From an uncultured Gemmatimonadales bacterium (GTDB taxonomy: Bacteria; Gemmatimonadota; Gemmatimonadetes; Longimicrobiales; RSA9), in the NCBI GenBank assembly GCA_963708135.1, contig OY970192.1:864001-928000 (forward strand): DNA of 64,000 nucleotides, written 5' to 3'. Shown piece after piece: positions 8,835 to 22,462 of the stretch; the first letter of the stretch is position 1, and each line of letters opens with the position of its first letter. The notes below the pieces were generated by a model, which made no database searches, was not told the DNA's origin, and worked only from the letters and a program-made list of their open reading frames with translations. Both the position numbers and the translations under genes were made by a program.

Positions 8835-9596
8835 ATGCGTCTCCACGTCAACATCGACCACGTCGCGACGGTGCGGCAGGCCCGGCGCACCGATGAGCCC
8901 GATCCGGTGCGCGCCGCGGTGCTCGTCGAGCTCGCCGGCGCGGACGGGATCACCGTCCACCTGCGCGAGGACCGCCGCCACATCCAGGAGCGCGATGTCC
9001 GCCTCCTGCTCCGGACCGTCCGCACGGCCGTGAACCTCGAGCTGGCCGCCGCGAGCAATGTGCTCGACATCGCCGTCGAGCTGCGCCCCGCCGAAGCCAC
9101 GCTCGTCCCCGAGAAGCGCGAGGAGGTCACCACGGAGGGCGGGCTCGCGCTCGGGGACGACGAAGGGCGACGTCGCATTGCCGCCGCCGTCTCCCGCCTG
9201 CGCGACGCCGGCATCCGCACGTCCCTCTTCATCGACCCCGACGAGGCGCACATCCGCACCTCCGTGGAGCTCGGCGCCGACGCCATCGAGCTGCACACCG
9301 GCGAGTACGCCGAGCGCTTCAAGGAGCGCGGCAGCGCGGCGGGCGCGGAGAAGATCGAGGCGGAGCTCGAGCGGCTCCGGCGCGCCGCCTCGCTCGGCGC
9401 CTCGCTCGGCCTCGACGTCCACGCCGGCCACGGGCTGACCTACGAGAACGTGGCGCCCGTGGCCGCCATCTCCGAGATCGAGGAGCTGAACATCGGCCAC
9501 AGCATCGTGAGCCGCGCCGTGCTGGTCGGGATGGAACGCGCCGTGCGCGAGATGGCGGTGCTGATTCGCGCCGCGAGACCCCCCATGGAGGGTTGA
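8835..9596 (+). CDS. pdxJ: Pyridoxine 5'-phosphate synthase
   Basis: [35 protein letters not shown]. Confidence 0.97.
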   Translation: MRLHVNIDHVATVRQARRTDEPDPVRAAVLVELAGADGITVHLREDRRHIQERDVRLLLRTVRTAVNLELAAASNVLDIAVELRPAEATLVPEKREEVTTEGGLALGDDEGRRRIAAAVSRLRDAGIRTSLFIDPDEAHIRTSVELGADAIELHTGEYAERFKERGSAAGAEKIEAELERLRRAASLGASLGLDVHAGHGLTYENVAPVAAISEIEELNIGHSIVSRAVLVGMERAVREMAVLIRAARPPMEG

Positions 9597-9597
9597 C

Positions 9598-10698
9598 ATG
9601 CCGACCATCCGCGAGTTCTTCGAGTGGGAGGCGGCGGACACGCTGGACCGGCTTCGCGCCACGGCCAATGGGCTCGATGCGTCCGCCGCGGAGCCCGCCG
9701 AGCTGCACCGCCTCGCCCGCCGCCTCCGCGGCAGCGCGCAGATGGCCCGCGATGAGCGCGTGACCCGCGTGGCCGCGGGCCTCGAGGCCGCCGGCCGCGC
9801 GCTGGCCGAGGGCCGCATGGCCTGGAGCGGCGAGGCCGCAGGCGCCGTCCGCGCCGCGCTGGAGGCCGCCGGAACGCTCGTACGTGCGGAGGATCCCGCC
9901 GCCGGCGACGCCCTCACCGACAGCGCGCTCGCCCGGCTCGAGGGCCTCGGCGTGGACCTGGGCGAGGGGCGCGCGGCGGCGCGGGAGAGCGCCTCCGGCG
10001 CCGCCGAGTTCCTGGCCTTCGCCGCCCGAGAGGTGGACGGCATCCTCGGCGAGATCGACCGGGTCCTGCTCGCCGCGGATCCCCGCGACCACGGCCCACT
10101 CACCGCCGTCCTGCGGCGCCAGCGCCCGCTCATGGGCGCCGCCCGCCTCGACTCCACGCCGATCCTCGGCGAGACGCTCACGGCCATGGACGAGATCAGC
10201 CGCATGATCGTGCGCCTCGGCGCACCCGTGAAGTCCGAGTGGCTCGACGTCTACCGCGCCGCCCACGACGTGCTCGAGGCCGCCGCCGAGCGCCTGCACC
10301 GCGGCGAGGAGCCCGCGCGCGTGCCCGCGCTGAGCCGGCTGCGCACGCTGCGCGAGGAGCTGGCGGACCGCTACGGCGCGGCCGAGGAGCCGCAGGCGCC
10401 GCCGATCTTCGCCCCCGGCGAAGAGGGGGCGCACGAGCCGGAGGCTGCGGCAACGTCGCCGGAGGCGCCGGACGCCTCGCCGGACGCCGCGGGCGTGCCG
10501 GCGGAAGGCGCGAGCGCGCCGGCCCCGCCTCCCGCCACCGAGCCGGTGCCCGTCGAGGCCTTCTTCTATGCCGGCGCGCGCGCGCTCAGGCGCGCCCTCG
10601 AGCTGCGCGGGACCCTCGAGGGTGCCACGACGGCCGATCCCGCGGCCCGCGAGGCCGTGCAGGAGCTCTTCGACCTGATCCGGATGGCGCTGGCGTGA
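9598..10698 (+). CDS. Hypothetical helical protein with two degenerate Hpt-like domains
   Basis: ELHRLARRLRGSAQMA resembles Hpt AHxLKGSA without the phospho-His; SD GGAGG; coding-like codon usage. Confidence 0.7.
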   Translation: MPTIREFFEWEAADTLDRLRATANGLDASAAEPAELHRLARRLRGSAQMARDERVTRVAAGLEAAGRALAEGRMAWSGEAAGAVRAALEAAGTLVRAEDPAAGDALTDSALARLEGLGVDLGEGRAAARESASGAAEFLAFAAREVDGILGEIDRVLLAADPRDHGPLTAVLRRQRPLMGAARLDSTPILGETLTAMDEISRMIVRLGAPVKSEWLDVYRAAHDVLEAAAERLHRGEEPARVPALSRLRTLREELADRYGAAEEPQAPPIFAPGEEGAHEPEAAATSPEAPDASPDAAGVPAEGASAPAPPPATEPVPVEAFFYAGARALRRALELRGTLEGATTADPAAREAVQELFDLIRMALA

Positions 10699-11777
10699 GC
10701 GGCCGCCGCCGCCGGGGACCCGACTGGCGGGCGATCGTCGGGATCCTCCTCAGCATCGGCTTCCTGTGGTACGCGCTCCGGGGGGTGGACCTCCACGCGG
10801 TGCTGCGCCAGATCCGGCAGGCCGACCCGTGGCTCTTCCTGCTCGCCGTCGCCGCCGCCACCTTCCCCTTCTGGATCCGCGCCTGGCGCTGGCGCTCGCT
10901 GCTCCGCCCCGTGTACCCGGCGACCAGCTTCCGCGCCCGCTTCGCCGCCGTGAACATCGGCTTCATGGCCAACAACCTGCTTCCCGCGCGTGTCGGCGAG
11001 ATCCTGCGCGCCTACGTCGTCTCCAGGCTCGAGCCGATCCCCGTGGTGTCGTCGCTCGGCTCGCTGGTCGTCGAGCGCATCTTCGACGGTACGACGCTCG
11101 TCGCTTTTACCTTCCTCGCGCTCGCCTTCCCGGGCTTCCCCGAGACGGGCGCGACCGGCCGGGAGCTGCACGCCATCGCGACGACCCTCGCGACCGTCTT
11201 CGCCATCGCGGGTGTGGTCTTCCTCGCCATGGTGCTCTTTCCCCGCCAGGTCGTGCGCGGCATCGAGCGACTGGTCGAGCGCGTGCTCCCCCTGTCCTTT
11301 CGCCGCCCCATCGTCGATGGCCTCGAGGCGCTGCTCTCCGGCCTCGCCGCCATCCGCCGGCCGCTGCTGCTGGCCCGCATCATCTTCTGGTCCGTCGTGC
11401 TCTGGGGCTTCGGCGCGCTCTCCTACTGGCTCGCCATGCGCGCGTTCCACATCGACGTTCCCTTCATGGGCGCCGTGTTCCTGCAGTCCGTCATCTCCTT
11501 CTCCGTGGCGCTCCCATCCTCGCCCGGTTTCTTCGGCATCTACGAGGCCGCCGTCCGGGTCGGGCTCGTCAACGTCTGGCACGTCGATCCGAACCGCGCC
11601 CTCGGCCTCGCCATCGGATTCCACCTCGGCGGCTTCGTCCCCGTCACCGTCATGGGCCTCGTCTACGCCGCCCGCCTCGGCTTCTCGTGGCGCGAGGTCC
11701 GCAGCGGCGAGAGCATCGTCGAGACCGCCGTCGAGTACGAGACCGGCCACGACCCCGCGCACCCGGATCGGCCATGA
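10695..11777 (+). CDS. Lysylphosphatidylglycerol synthase TM / flippase-like membrane protein (UPF0104)
   Basis: RAWRW, NNLLPARVGEILR, VERIFD, PSSPGFFGIYE; GTGA overlap. Confidence 0.9.
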   Translation: MSGRRRRGPDWRAIVGILLSIGFLWYALRGVDLHAVLRQIRQADPWLFLLAVAAATFPFWIRAWRWRSLLRPVYPATSFRARFAAVNIGFMANNLLPARVGEILRAYVVSRLEPIPVVSSLGSLVVERIFDGTTLVAFTFLALAFPGFPETGATGRELHAIATTLATVFAIAGVVFLAMVLFPRQVVRGIERLVERVLPLSFRRPIVDGLEALLSGLAAIRRPLLLARIIFWSVVLWGFGALSYWLAMRAFHIDVPFMGAVFLQSVISFSVALPSSPGFFGIYEAAVRVGLVNVWHVDPNRALGLAIGFHLGGFVPVTVMGLVYAARLGFSWREVRSGESIVETAVEYETGHDPAHPDRP

Positions 11778-12664
11778 GGACCACGGCCCGCGCCAAGGTC
11801 AATCTCCGGCTGCGCGTGCTCGGTCGCGAAAGCTCCGGCTACCACCATCTCGAGACGATCTTCTGCGCCCTCGAGCTGGCCGATGACCTCGACATTGCCG
11901 CGGGCCCGGCCGGGATCCGCCTCGAGGTGGACGGGCCCGACACCGGTCCCGTCCACCAGAACCTCGTCGTGCGCGCCGCCGAAGCCTTCTTTGCCGAGGC
12001 CGGCATCGCCCCCGCCGTTGAGATCCGCCTGGGGAAGCGCATCCCCGCCCGCGCCGGCCTGGGCGGCGGCTCGAGCGACGCCGCCGCCACGCTCCTCGCC
12101 CTCAATCAGCTGCACGGCACGCCGCTCCTGCACGAGCGCCTCGCCACCCTCGCCGCCGCGCTCGGAAGCGACGTCCCCTTCTTCCTCTCCGGCGCCCCGC
12201 TCGCGCTCGCGTGGGGCAGGGGAGAGCGGCTCCTCACCCTGCCCGCGCTGCCGCCCGCCCCGGCGCTCCTCGCCGTGCCCGACTTCGGCGTCTCCACCTC
12301 CGAGGCCTACGCCGCGCTCGACCGCGCCCGCGCGGGGAGGAGCGCCGCCCTCCCCGCGCCCGAGCCGGCCGTCGTCGCCCTGGACCGCCTCGAGACCTGG
12401 TCCGCCGTCGCCGGCCTCGCCGCCAACGACTTCGAGCCGATCGTCTTCGCGCGCCACCCCGAGTTGCGCCAGGTGAAGACCCGGCTCGTGGACGCCGGCG
12501 CCGGTCCCGCCCTCCTCGCCGGCTCCGGCGCCGCCGTGTTCGGCATCTTCGAGGACGCCGCCCGCCGGGATGCCGCGGCCGAGGCGCTGGCCGACGCCTT
12601 CGGACAATTCCGCATCATCCGCACGGCGACGGTCTCGCCCGGCCGTCCGGATCTGCTGGGGTAG
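11774..12664 (+). CDS. ispE: 4-diphosphocytidyl-2-C-methyl-D-erythritol kinase
   Basis: AKVNLRL, KRIPARAGLGGGSSDAA, LGSDVPFF, LAGSG. Confidence 0.95.
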   Translation: MRTTARAKVNLRLRVLGRESSGYHHLETIFCALELADDLDIAAGPAGIRLEVDGPDTGPVHQNLVVRAAEAFFAEAGIAPAVEIRLGKRIPARAGLGGGSSDAAATLLALNQLHGTPLLHERLATLAAALGSDVPFFLSGAPLALAWGRGERLLTLPALPPAPALLAVPDFGVSTSEAYAALDRARAGRSAALPAPEPAVVALDRLETWSAVAGLAANDFEPIVFARHPELRQVKTRLVDAGAGPALLAGSGAAVFGIFEDAARRDAAAEALADAFGQFRIIRTATVSPGRPDLLG

Positions 12665-12694
12665 GGCTTCGCCAGGCGGGAGACGGGCGGCGCA

Positions 12695-12723
12695 TTGATG
12701 GCCCCCACGCGCCCCGTTACCTT
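12695..12723 (+). promoter_or_regulatory. Sigma70 promoter of tRNA-Gln
   Basis: TTGATG-17 bp-TACCTT, 11 nt before the tRNA. Confidence 0.7.
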
Positions 12724-12734
12724 TGGCCGGCAAC

Positions 12735-12805
12735 TCCCGGGTCGTCTAAGGGCAGGACAGAGGACTTTGGATCCTCCAATGGTGGTTCGAGTCCACCCCC
12801 GGGAA
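12735..12805 (+). tRNA. tRNA-Gln(TTG), no encoded CCA
   Basis: Acceptor TCCCGGG/CCCGGGA, anticodon arm GAGGA-CTTTGGA-TCCTC, T arm GGTGG-TTCGAGT-CCACC; usual ispE-tRNA-Gln-prs synteny. Confidence 0.95.
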
Positions 12806-12823
12806 CTACGGGAGCGCCCGCCA

Positions 12824-14149
12824 ATGCGAATCGTCTGGTCGGTCACCCTGCTCGCCGCCGCGCTCGCCGCGTGCGCACCCTCCTCCCGCGCCGGAGCCCC
12901 CACGCCGCGGCGGCTGCCCGCGGCCGAAACATTGGTGACGGCGCCGCCCGCCTCCGTGGGGATGGCTCCGGACCTGCGCGCGCGTCTCGACTCGGTCCTG
13001 GCCAACGGGATCGCGTACGGGGCGGCGCCGGGGGCCGAGCTGGCGGTGGGCCGCTACGGCCGCATCGTCTACATGGGCGGCGCCGGCCATCTCGACCTCG
13101 CGCCCGGCTCGCCGGTGCCCGACGACTCGACGCTCTGGGATCTGGCGTCGCTGACCAAGGTGATCGGCACCACGACGGCGGCCATGATCCTGGAGGAGGA
13201 AGGCAAGCTCGACCTGGACAGGCCGGTCCGGTACTACCTGCCGGAGCTGAGCGCCCCCGACAAGGCGGGGATCACCGTGCGCATGCTCCTCGAGCACCGG
13301 AGCGGGTTCCGGCCGGACATCCTCTTCTGGAAGCCGACGCCCGGGGACTCGACGCCCATGGCGCGCATCAACGCGGACCGCCTCCTCTACACGCCGAACG
13401 ACAGCACGATCTACAGCGACCTGAACTTCATCCTCGCCGCGATGATCGTGCGGCGGCTGACCGGCACCACGCTCGACCGCTTCCTTCTGGACCGCGTATG
13501 GCGGCCGCTGGGGATGCGCGACACCGGCTTCAACCCGCTGCTGCCGCCGGGCGAGGAGATCCCAGCGGACACCGACTGCACGGCCGCGCTCGCCCGGGCG
13601 ACGCCGCGGCGCCTCGCCCGCATCGCGCCCACCGAGATCGACACCGTCTACCGGCATATGCACGTCCACGGCATCGTCCACGACGAGAACTCGTGTGCCC
13701 TCGGCGGCGTCGCGGGCCACGCGGGACTCTTCTCCTCCGCCCGGGACCTCGCGGTCTTCGCCCAGATGTTGCTCAACGGCGGAGAGTACGGGGGAGTCCG
13801 CATCCTGCACCCGAACACCATCGCCCGGTGGACCGCCCGCCGCCGCGAGGACTCGAGTCGCGCGACCGGCTGGGACACGCCATCCGACCACTCGAGCGCC
13901 GGCCGCTACTTCAGCCCCCGCTCGTTCGGGCACACGGGGTTCACCGGCACCTCCATCTGGATGGACCCCGCGCGCGGACTCTTCGTCGTTCTGCTCACGA
14001 ACCGCGTGAACCCCACTCGCGCAAACACGAAGGTGTTCCGGCTCCGGCGCGAGATCGCCGATGCGGCGCAGGCGGCGATCCTGGATGCGCCGCTGATCGA
14101 TTGGGAGGCGCGGCGGCACGCCGGAACCGAAGGCGCAAGGAGCCATTAG
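12824..14149 (+). CDS. Serine hydrolase, beta-lactamase-family lipoprotein
   Basis: LAAC lipobox, SLTK (SxxK), YSD, GHAGLFS, FGHTGFTG. Confidence 0.9.
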   Translation: MRIVWSVTLLAAALAACAPSSRAGAPTPRRLPAAETLVTAPPASVGMAPDLRARLDSVLANGIAYGAAPGAELAVGRYGRIVYMGGAGHLDLAPGSPVPDDSTLWDLASLTKVIGTTTAAMILEEEGKLDLDRPVRYYLPELSAPDKAGITVRMLLEHRSGFRPDILFWKPTPGDSTPMARINADRLLYTPNDSTIYSDLNFILAAMIVRRLTGTTLDRFLLDRVWRPLGMRDTGFNPLLPPGEEIPADTDCTAALARATPRRLARIAPTEIDTVYRHMHVHGIVHDENSCALGGVAGHAGLFSSARDLAVFAQMLLNGGEYGGVRILHPNTIARWTARRREDSSRATGWDTPSDHSSAGRYFSPRSFGHTGFTGTSIWMDPARGLFVVLLTNRVNPTRANTKVFRLRREIADAAQAAILDAPLIDWEARRHAGTEGARSH

Positions 14150-14197
14150 CTCCCCCCAGCCCTCGCTTGCCCGTTCGCGGACCCCCGCGTACCGTCC

Positions 14198-14833
14198 GTG
14201 ATGCTCCGGAAGCTGCTTCGGCGCACCGCCATCGCGCTCGCCGCCCTCATCCTCCTCGCCTGCGGCCTCTACGCCTTCCATGTCCCGCTGCTCACCGCGG
14301 CCGGGCGGCTGGTCACCGTGCGGGACGCCCCCGCCCGCGCCGACATCCTCTTCCTCCTCGGCGGCGAGGACTTCTCGCGGCCGTTCAGGGCCGCGGATCT
14401 CTGGAAGGCCGGCATAGCCCCGCGCATCGTCACCGTCCGCAGCGAGGACGGCCCGGCCATGAAGCTGGGGGTGCTCCGCAACGAGACCAATGCCGCCGTT
14501 CGGATCATGGAGCGCCTGGGCGTCCCCGATTCCGCGATCACCGTGATCCGCCAGGGCCGGGGCGCCACGAGCACCGACGACGAGGCCAACCTGCTCCGCT
14601 GGTACGTCGCCCGCCACCCGGTACGCCGCATCGACGTCGTGACCACCGCCTTCCACACCCGCCGCGCCCGCTGGCTCATCCGGCGCGCCCTGCGCGGCAC
14701 CACCGTCCAGGTCGCCATGACCGCCTCCGACGACCCCGGCTTCGACGAGACCGACTGGTGGCGCTCCGAGCGCGGCATGGTCGCCTACGTCACCGAGTAC
14801 ATCAAGTTCGCCCACAGCTTCTTCTTCCAGTAG
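14198..14833 (+). CDS. YdcF/ElyC (DUF218) family protein
   Basis: N-terminal TM, ADILFLLGG, STDDEA, VTTAFHTRRA, EYIK. Confidence 0.88.
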   Translation: MMLRKLLRRTAIALAALILLACGLYAFHVPLLTAAGRLVTVRDAPARADILFLLGGEDFSRPFRAADLWKAGIAPRIVTVRSEDGPAMKLGVLRNETNAAVRIMERLGVPDSAITVIRQGRGATSTDDEANLLRWYVARHPVRRIDVVTTAFHTRRARWLIRRALRGTTVQVAMTASDDPGFDETDWWRSERGMVAYVTEYIKFAHSFFFQ

Positions 14834-14951
14834 CGTCCCCGCGCGCCTGCCCCCTCGTGAACGCCTGCGTCCCCGTATGCGTCTGCGAGCTCGTCCTTGC
14901 ATCCTCGCGCACCCCCGCATAACGTCCCCGACCGACCACACGGAGATGCCC

Positions 14952-15590
14952 ATGGCCGCGAGCACCCGCCGACTCCCCGAAACCATCAAGCGACGCCTCG
15001 AGGTGGCCACCGCCATGGCCTGGGAGGCGCTCGTGGACGCGCACACCACCCATGCGCTCCAGTTCCTCGCCCTCATGGCCGGCCGCCTCGAGTTCGAGGA
15101 CGGGCTGCAGCGCTACCTCCGCGAGATGGGCATCGTCGAGCCGATGACCACGGCCCTCCGTACGCGCATCCTCGTGGCCCTGGAGGACATCGACCGCGAG
15201 CCCGACGTCTTCCCGCGTGCCCTCCGCCTCCAGGGTGGGCCCCCGCCCGAGGACGAGTCAGGCGACGAGGGCTGGCGACGATTCCGCCCCGAGGCCCTCG
15301 TTCGCGGCGTCAAGCAGCGCCAGCGCCGCAACGACGAGACGGAGCGCTGGAGCCTCCTCGCCATCGCCCGCGCCGAGGAGGAGATCATCGCCACCCACGT
15401 GGACAACGCCATCACCTTCGCCGCGCTGCTCGACCCCCACCTCGGCCTCGACAGGGCCGTCGAGGAATACATCCGCAGCGTCTCACTATACGGCTCCCGC
15501 GCCCAGGCCGTCATGCAGCGCACCATGGCCCGCCTCGCCGAGTCGTACCTGCCCGAGCCCGTGGCCATCCGGCCCGGCCCGGCCGAGTAG
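14952..15590 (+). CDS. Hypothetical protein with two internal helical repeats
   Basis: SD GGAG at 14942; strong GC3 bias; two similar ~55-aa segments. Confidence 0.75.
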   Translation: MAASTRRLPETIKRRLEVATAMAWEALVDAHTTHALQFLALMAGRLEFEDGLQRYLREMGIVEPMTTALRTRILVALEDIDREPDVFPRALRLQGGPPPEDESGDEGWRRFRPEALVRGVKQRQRRNDETERWSLLAIARAEEEIIATHVDNAITFAALLDPHLGLDRAVEEYIRSVSLYGSRAQAVMQRTMARLAESYLPEPVAIRPGPAE

Positions 15591-15648
15591 ACCCGGCGCG
15601 CTCCCGCTCCCCACCCGGCCACTCCTCGCTCCTGGCACCCTCATGCAG

Positions 15649-15677
15649 TTGACGCCCTACGCCTTCCCGGATAGCTT
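15649..15677 (+). promoter_or_regulatory. Sigma70 promoter of prs-rplY-pth
   Basis: TTGACG-17 bp-TAGCTT. Confidence 0.75.
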
Positions 15678-15717
15678 AACAGGCTGTCTCGCGACACGAA
15701 CCAGCAACCGCCCGGGC

Positions 15718-16668
15718 ATGACGGAATACCAGTACAACGCCCCGCTGCTGCTCATGGCGGGCACGGCCAATCGGCCGCTGGCGGAAGAGATCGCCGCCTG
15801 CATGGATATGCCCCTCGCCGAGATGACCGTGAAGCGGTTCGCGGACGGAGAGATCTTCGTCCGCATGAACCAGAACGTGCGCGGCGGGGACGCGTTCCTG
15901 ATCCAGCCGACGCCGCCGCCGGCCGACAGCATCATGGAGCTGCTGCTCATGGTGGATGCGGCCAAGCGGGCGTCGGCGGCGCGGATCACGGTGGTGATGC
16001 CGTACTACGGCTACGCGCGCCAGGATCGGAAGGACCAGCCGCGGGTGGCGATCGGGGCCAAGCTGGTGGCCAACCTGATCGAGGCGGCGGGCGCGGACCG
16101 GGTGCTGGGGGTGGACTTCCACACGCACCAGATCCAGGGCTTCTTCGATGTGCCGGTGGACCACCTCTACGCGGCGCCGGTGCTGACCGGCTATTTCCGG
16201 GACAAGGAGGTGCCGGACCCGGTGGTGGTCGCGCCGGACGTGGGCGCGGCCAAGATGGCGCGGGGCTTCGCCCGGCGGATCGACGCGTCGTTCGCGATCA
16301 TCGACAAGCGGCGCCCGACGGCGAACGTGGCCGAGGTGCTCTCGGTGGTCGGCGAGGTGGACGGCAAGACGTGCATCATCGTGGACGACATGATCGACAC
16401 GGCCGGCACGCTGGAGAGCGTCGTGTACGCGTTGAAGGAGCGGGGCGCCGCGGCCGTCTACGCGGCGGCCACGCACGCGCTCCTGTCGGGTCCGGCCGTG
16501 GAGCGCCTCGAGCGCGCGCCGCTTGAGGAGGTCGTGGTGACGAACACGCTGCACGTGCCGGATGAGAAGCGCTTCCCTAAGCTGACCATCCTGTCCGTTG
16601 CGGAACTGCTGGCGCGGGCCATTCTCTACACGCACTCGAACGAGTCCGTGAGCCAGCTCTTCGACTGA
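15718..16668 (+). CDS. prs: Ribose-phosphate pyrophosphokinase
   Basis: FADGEI, PYYGYARQDRK, VDDMIDTAGT. Confidence 0.97.
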   Translation: MTEYQYNAPLLLMAGTANRPLAEEIAACMDMPLAEMTVKRFADGEIFVRMNQNVRGGDAFLIQPTPPPADSIMELLLMVDAAKRASAARITVVMPYYGYARQDRKDQPRVAIGAKLVANLIEAAGADRVLGVDFHTHQIQGFFDVPVDHLYAAPVLTGYFRDKEVPDPVVVAPDVGAAKMARGFARRIDASFAIIDKRRPTANVAEVLSVVGEVDGKTCIIVDDMIDTAGTLESVVYALKERGAAAVYAAATHALLSGPAVERLERAPLEEVVVTNTLHVPDEKRFPKLTILSVAELLARAILYTHSNESVSQLFD

Positions 16669-16682
16669 AGGAGAACCGAACC

Positions 16683-17369
16683 ATGGCGGCAAACGCAACC
16701 CTCAGCGCGGCCCCCCGCGAAGGCAACGGCAAGTCGGCGGCGCACAAGCTGCGCGCGGGCGGCCGCGTCCCGGCGGTCGTGTACGGCCACGGCGAGGAGA
16801 CCCGCTCCGTGTCCGTGGACGCGCACGAGGTCGAGCAGCTCTTCAAGCGGATCTCGGTGGAGAACACGCTGATCACGCTGACCATCGAGGAGGGCGGGCG
16901 CACGAAGGGCGGCGAGCTGAGGGCGCTCGTGCGCGAGGTGCAGACGCACCCGGCGCGCGCCACCATCCTGCACGTCGATTTCTACCAGATCCACGCCGGC
17001 GAGCGCGTCTTCCTGGATGTCCCGATCCACATGATCGGCACCGCCGCGGGCGTGAAGGCCGGCGGCCTGCTGCAGCACGGGCTCAGCGAGCTGTCGGTGC
17101 GCTGCCTCGCCGACCAGATCCCGGAGGCCTTCGAGGTGGACGTCTCCGGCCTCGAGATCGGCGACTCCGTGCACGTCCGCGACCTGGTCATCCCCGACGG
17201 CGTCGAGGTCGACACCGATGGGGACATCACCGTCTGCTCGGTGATCCCGCCCGTGGTGGCCGCCGTCGAGGAGCCCGCGGAAGAGGAGATCGTGGGCGTC
17301 GGCGGCGAGGTGCAGCCCGAGCTGATCCGGCGGCACGCCGAGGAGGCCGCGGAGCAGGAAGAGGAGTGA
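16683..17369 (+). CDS. rplY: 50S ribosomal protein L25/Ctc
   Basis: GRVPAVVYG, HVDFY, GVKAGG, IGDSVHVRDL. Confidence 0.95.
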   Translation: MAANATLSAAPREGNGKSAAHKLRAGGRVPAVVYGHGEETRSVSVDAHEVEQLFKRISVENTLITLTIEEGGRTKGGELRALVREVQTHPARATILHVDFYQIHAGERVFLDVPIHMIGTAAGVKAGGLLQHGLSELSVRCLADQIPEAFEVDVSGLEIGDSVHVRDLVIPDGVEVDTDGDITVCSVIPPVVAAVEEPAEEEIVGVGGEVQPELIRRHAEEAAEQEEE

Positions 17370-17397
17370 GCCCGCGGGCCCACTCCTCCCCCCGGCG

Positions 17398-17961
17398 GTG
17401 AAGATCGTCTGCGGTCTCGGCAACCCCGGCGTCGAGTACCAGGACACCCGCCACAACGTCGGCTGGTGGCTCCTCGAGCACGCCCGCCGCGCGTGGGACT
17501 TTCCCGGATTCCGCCGCGAGGGCCCCGCCCGCGTGACGAGCGGCCGCCTCGGCGCCGAGCCGGTCCGGCTGCTCGAGCCACTGACCTACATGAACCGCAG
17601 CGGGCGCGCGCTCGCGCCGCTTCGTGCGCGGCCGGACTTCGACATCGCCCGGGACCTGCTGGTCGTGGTGGACGATGTCGCGCTGGAGGTCGGCCGCGCG
17701 CGGCTGCGTGTCGGCGGCAGCGCGGGCGGCCACAACGGGCTCAAGTCCGTGGAGGCCGCGCTCGCCACGCGCGAGTATCCGCGGCTGCGGATCGGCGTGG
17801 GCGCCTGCCCTCCCGGGGCGGACCTGGCCGAGTGGGTCCTCTCGCCCGTTCCCGCCGAAGACCGGGAGCTGATCCTCTCCCGCCTGTCCGAGCTGGTGGA
17901 CGGCGTGCGCCTGTGGATCGAGGAGGGCGCCGGTCCCGCCATGCGCCTCGTGAACCCCTGA
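17398..17961 (+). CDS. pth: Peptidyl-tRNA hydrolase
   Basis: [28 protein letters not shown]. Confidence 0.97.
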   Translation: MKIVCGLGNPGVEYQDTRHNVGWWLLEHARRAWDFPGFRREGPARVTSGRLGAEPVRLLEPLTYMNRSGRALAPLRARPDFDIARDLLVVVDDVALEVGRARLRVGGSAGGHNGLKSVEAALATREYPRLRIGVGACPPGADLAEWVLSPVPAEDRELILSRLSELVDGVRLWIEEGAGPAMRLVNP

Positions 17962-17998
17962 TGAATTCGACTCGCTTCTCTCCGCGGAGGCTGTACCC

Positions 17999-20131
<2,133 letters not shown>

Positions 20132-20138
20132 GACCACC

Positions 20139-21330
20139 GTGAGCACGCGAGACCTCTCGTTCCAGCGCGCCATTGCCTTCGCGAGCGACCTGATCCGCAT
20201 CCCCGGCCCGCCCGGCGGGGAGGGCGACGTGGCCGAGCGCGTGCGCCGCGAGCTCGAGGCGCTCGGCTTCGACGAGGTCCTCGTGGACTCCCTCGGCAAC
20301 GTCATCGGCCGCGTGCGCGGCACCGGCGGGGCGCCCGCCGTCATGGTCAACAGCCACCTCGACGTGGTCGATGTCGGCGACCCCTCGAGCTGGGAGTTCC
20401 CGCCCTTCGGCGGCGTCGTGGACGGCGGCTTTCTGCACGGCCGCGGCGCCATGGACATCAAGGGGCCGCTCGCGCTCCAGACCTACGCGGCCGCCCGCTT
20501 CCTCGACGACCGCGCGGAAGGCGACGTCATCGTCGCCCACACCGTCTACGAGGAGCGCGGCGGTTGGGGGATGGAGCACCTGCTCGAGGCCGGCCTCGTC
20601 TCGCCCGGAGCCGTCATCATCGGCGAGGCCACCGGCGGCGACATCTGCATCGGCCACCGCGGCCGCGCCGAGCTCGTCCTCGAGGTGCACGGCCTGGCCG
20701 GCCATGCCTCCGCCCCCGAGCGCGCCCGCAACCCCCTGGCCGTGCTCCCGTCGCTGATCCCGGCCCTCGCCGCCTTCGCCGCCGCGCTCGGCAGCGACCC
20801 CGTGCTCGGCCGTGCCACGCTCGCGCCCACCATGGTCGAGACGCTGCCGCGCAGCCGCAACGTGATCCCCGACCGACTCCGCGTGTTCGTCAACTGGCGC
20901 GTGCTGCCCGATACCACGCCAGATAGCGCCGTCGCCACGCTCGAAGCCTTCCTGAAGGAGCACGTCGAGCTCCCCGAGGGCTGCTCCCTCGAGGTCCGCT
21001 TCGCCACCGAGCGCCAGGCCAGCTTCACCGGCCGCGAGGCGGACCGCGGCCTCTTCTCGCCCGGCTTCCTCCTCGATGCCGCGCACCCCGTCGCGCGCGC
21101 CGCCGCGGAAGCCGTCACCGAGGCGACGGGGCGCGCGCCGGGCGTCCGGCCCTGGACCTTCGCCACCGACGGCGGCCACTCCTGCGGCGAGCACGGCATC
21201 CCCACCATCGGCTACGCCCCGGGCGAGGAGCGCCACGCCCACACCAATCGCGAGCGCCTCGACCTGGACGACGCCCGCGTCGCCTACGAGGCGTATCCCG
21301 CGCTGATTCGTGCCGTGATGGGGGCGCTGC

Positions 21331-21338
<8 letters not shown>
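20139..21338 (+). CDS. M20/M25/M40 family metallohydrolase (YgeY/ArgE-like)
   Basis: [32 protein letters not shown]. Confidence 0.9.
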
Positions 21339-22440
<1,102 letters not shown>

Positions 22441-22462
22441 CGGGGCGGAACGGGTTCAGCCG

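Noticed and set aside
12695..12823. N-terminal extension of the serine hydrolase ORF
   Set aside because: Overlaps the promoter and tRNA-Gln; the true start is ATG 12824 with SD and signal peptide.
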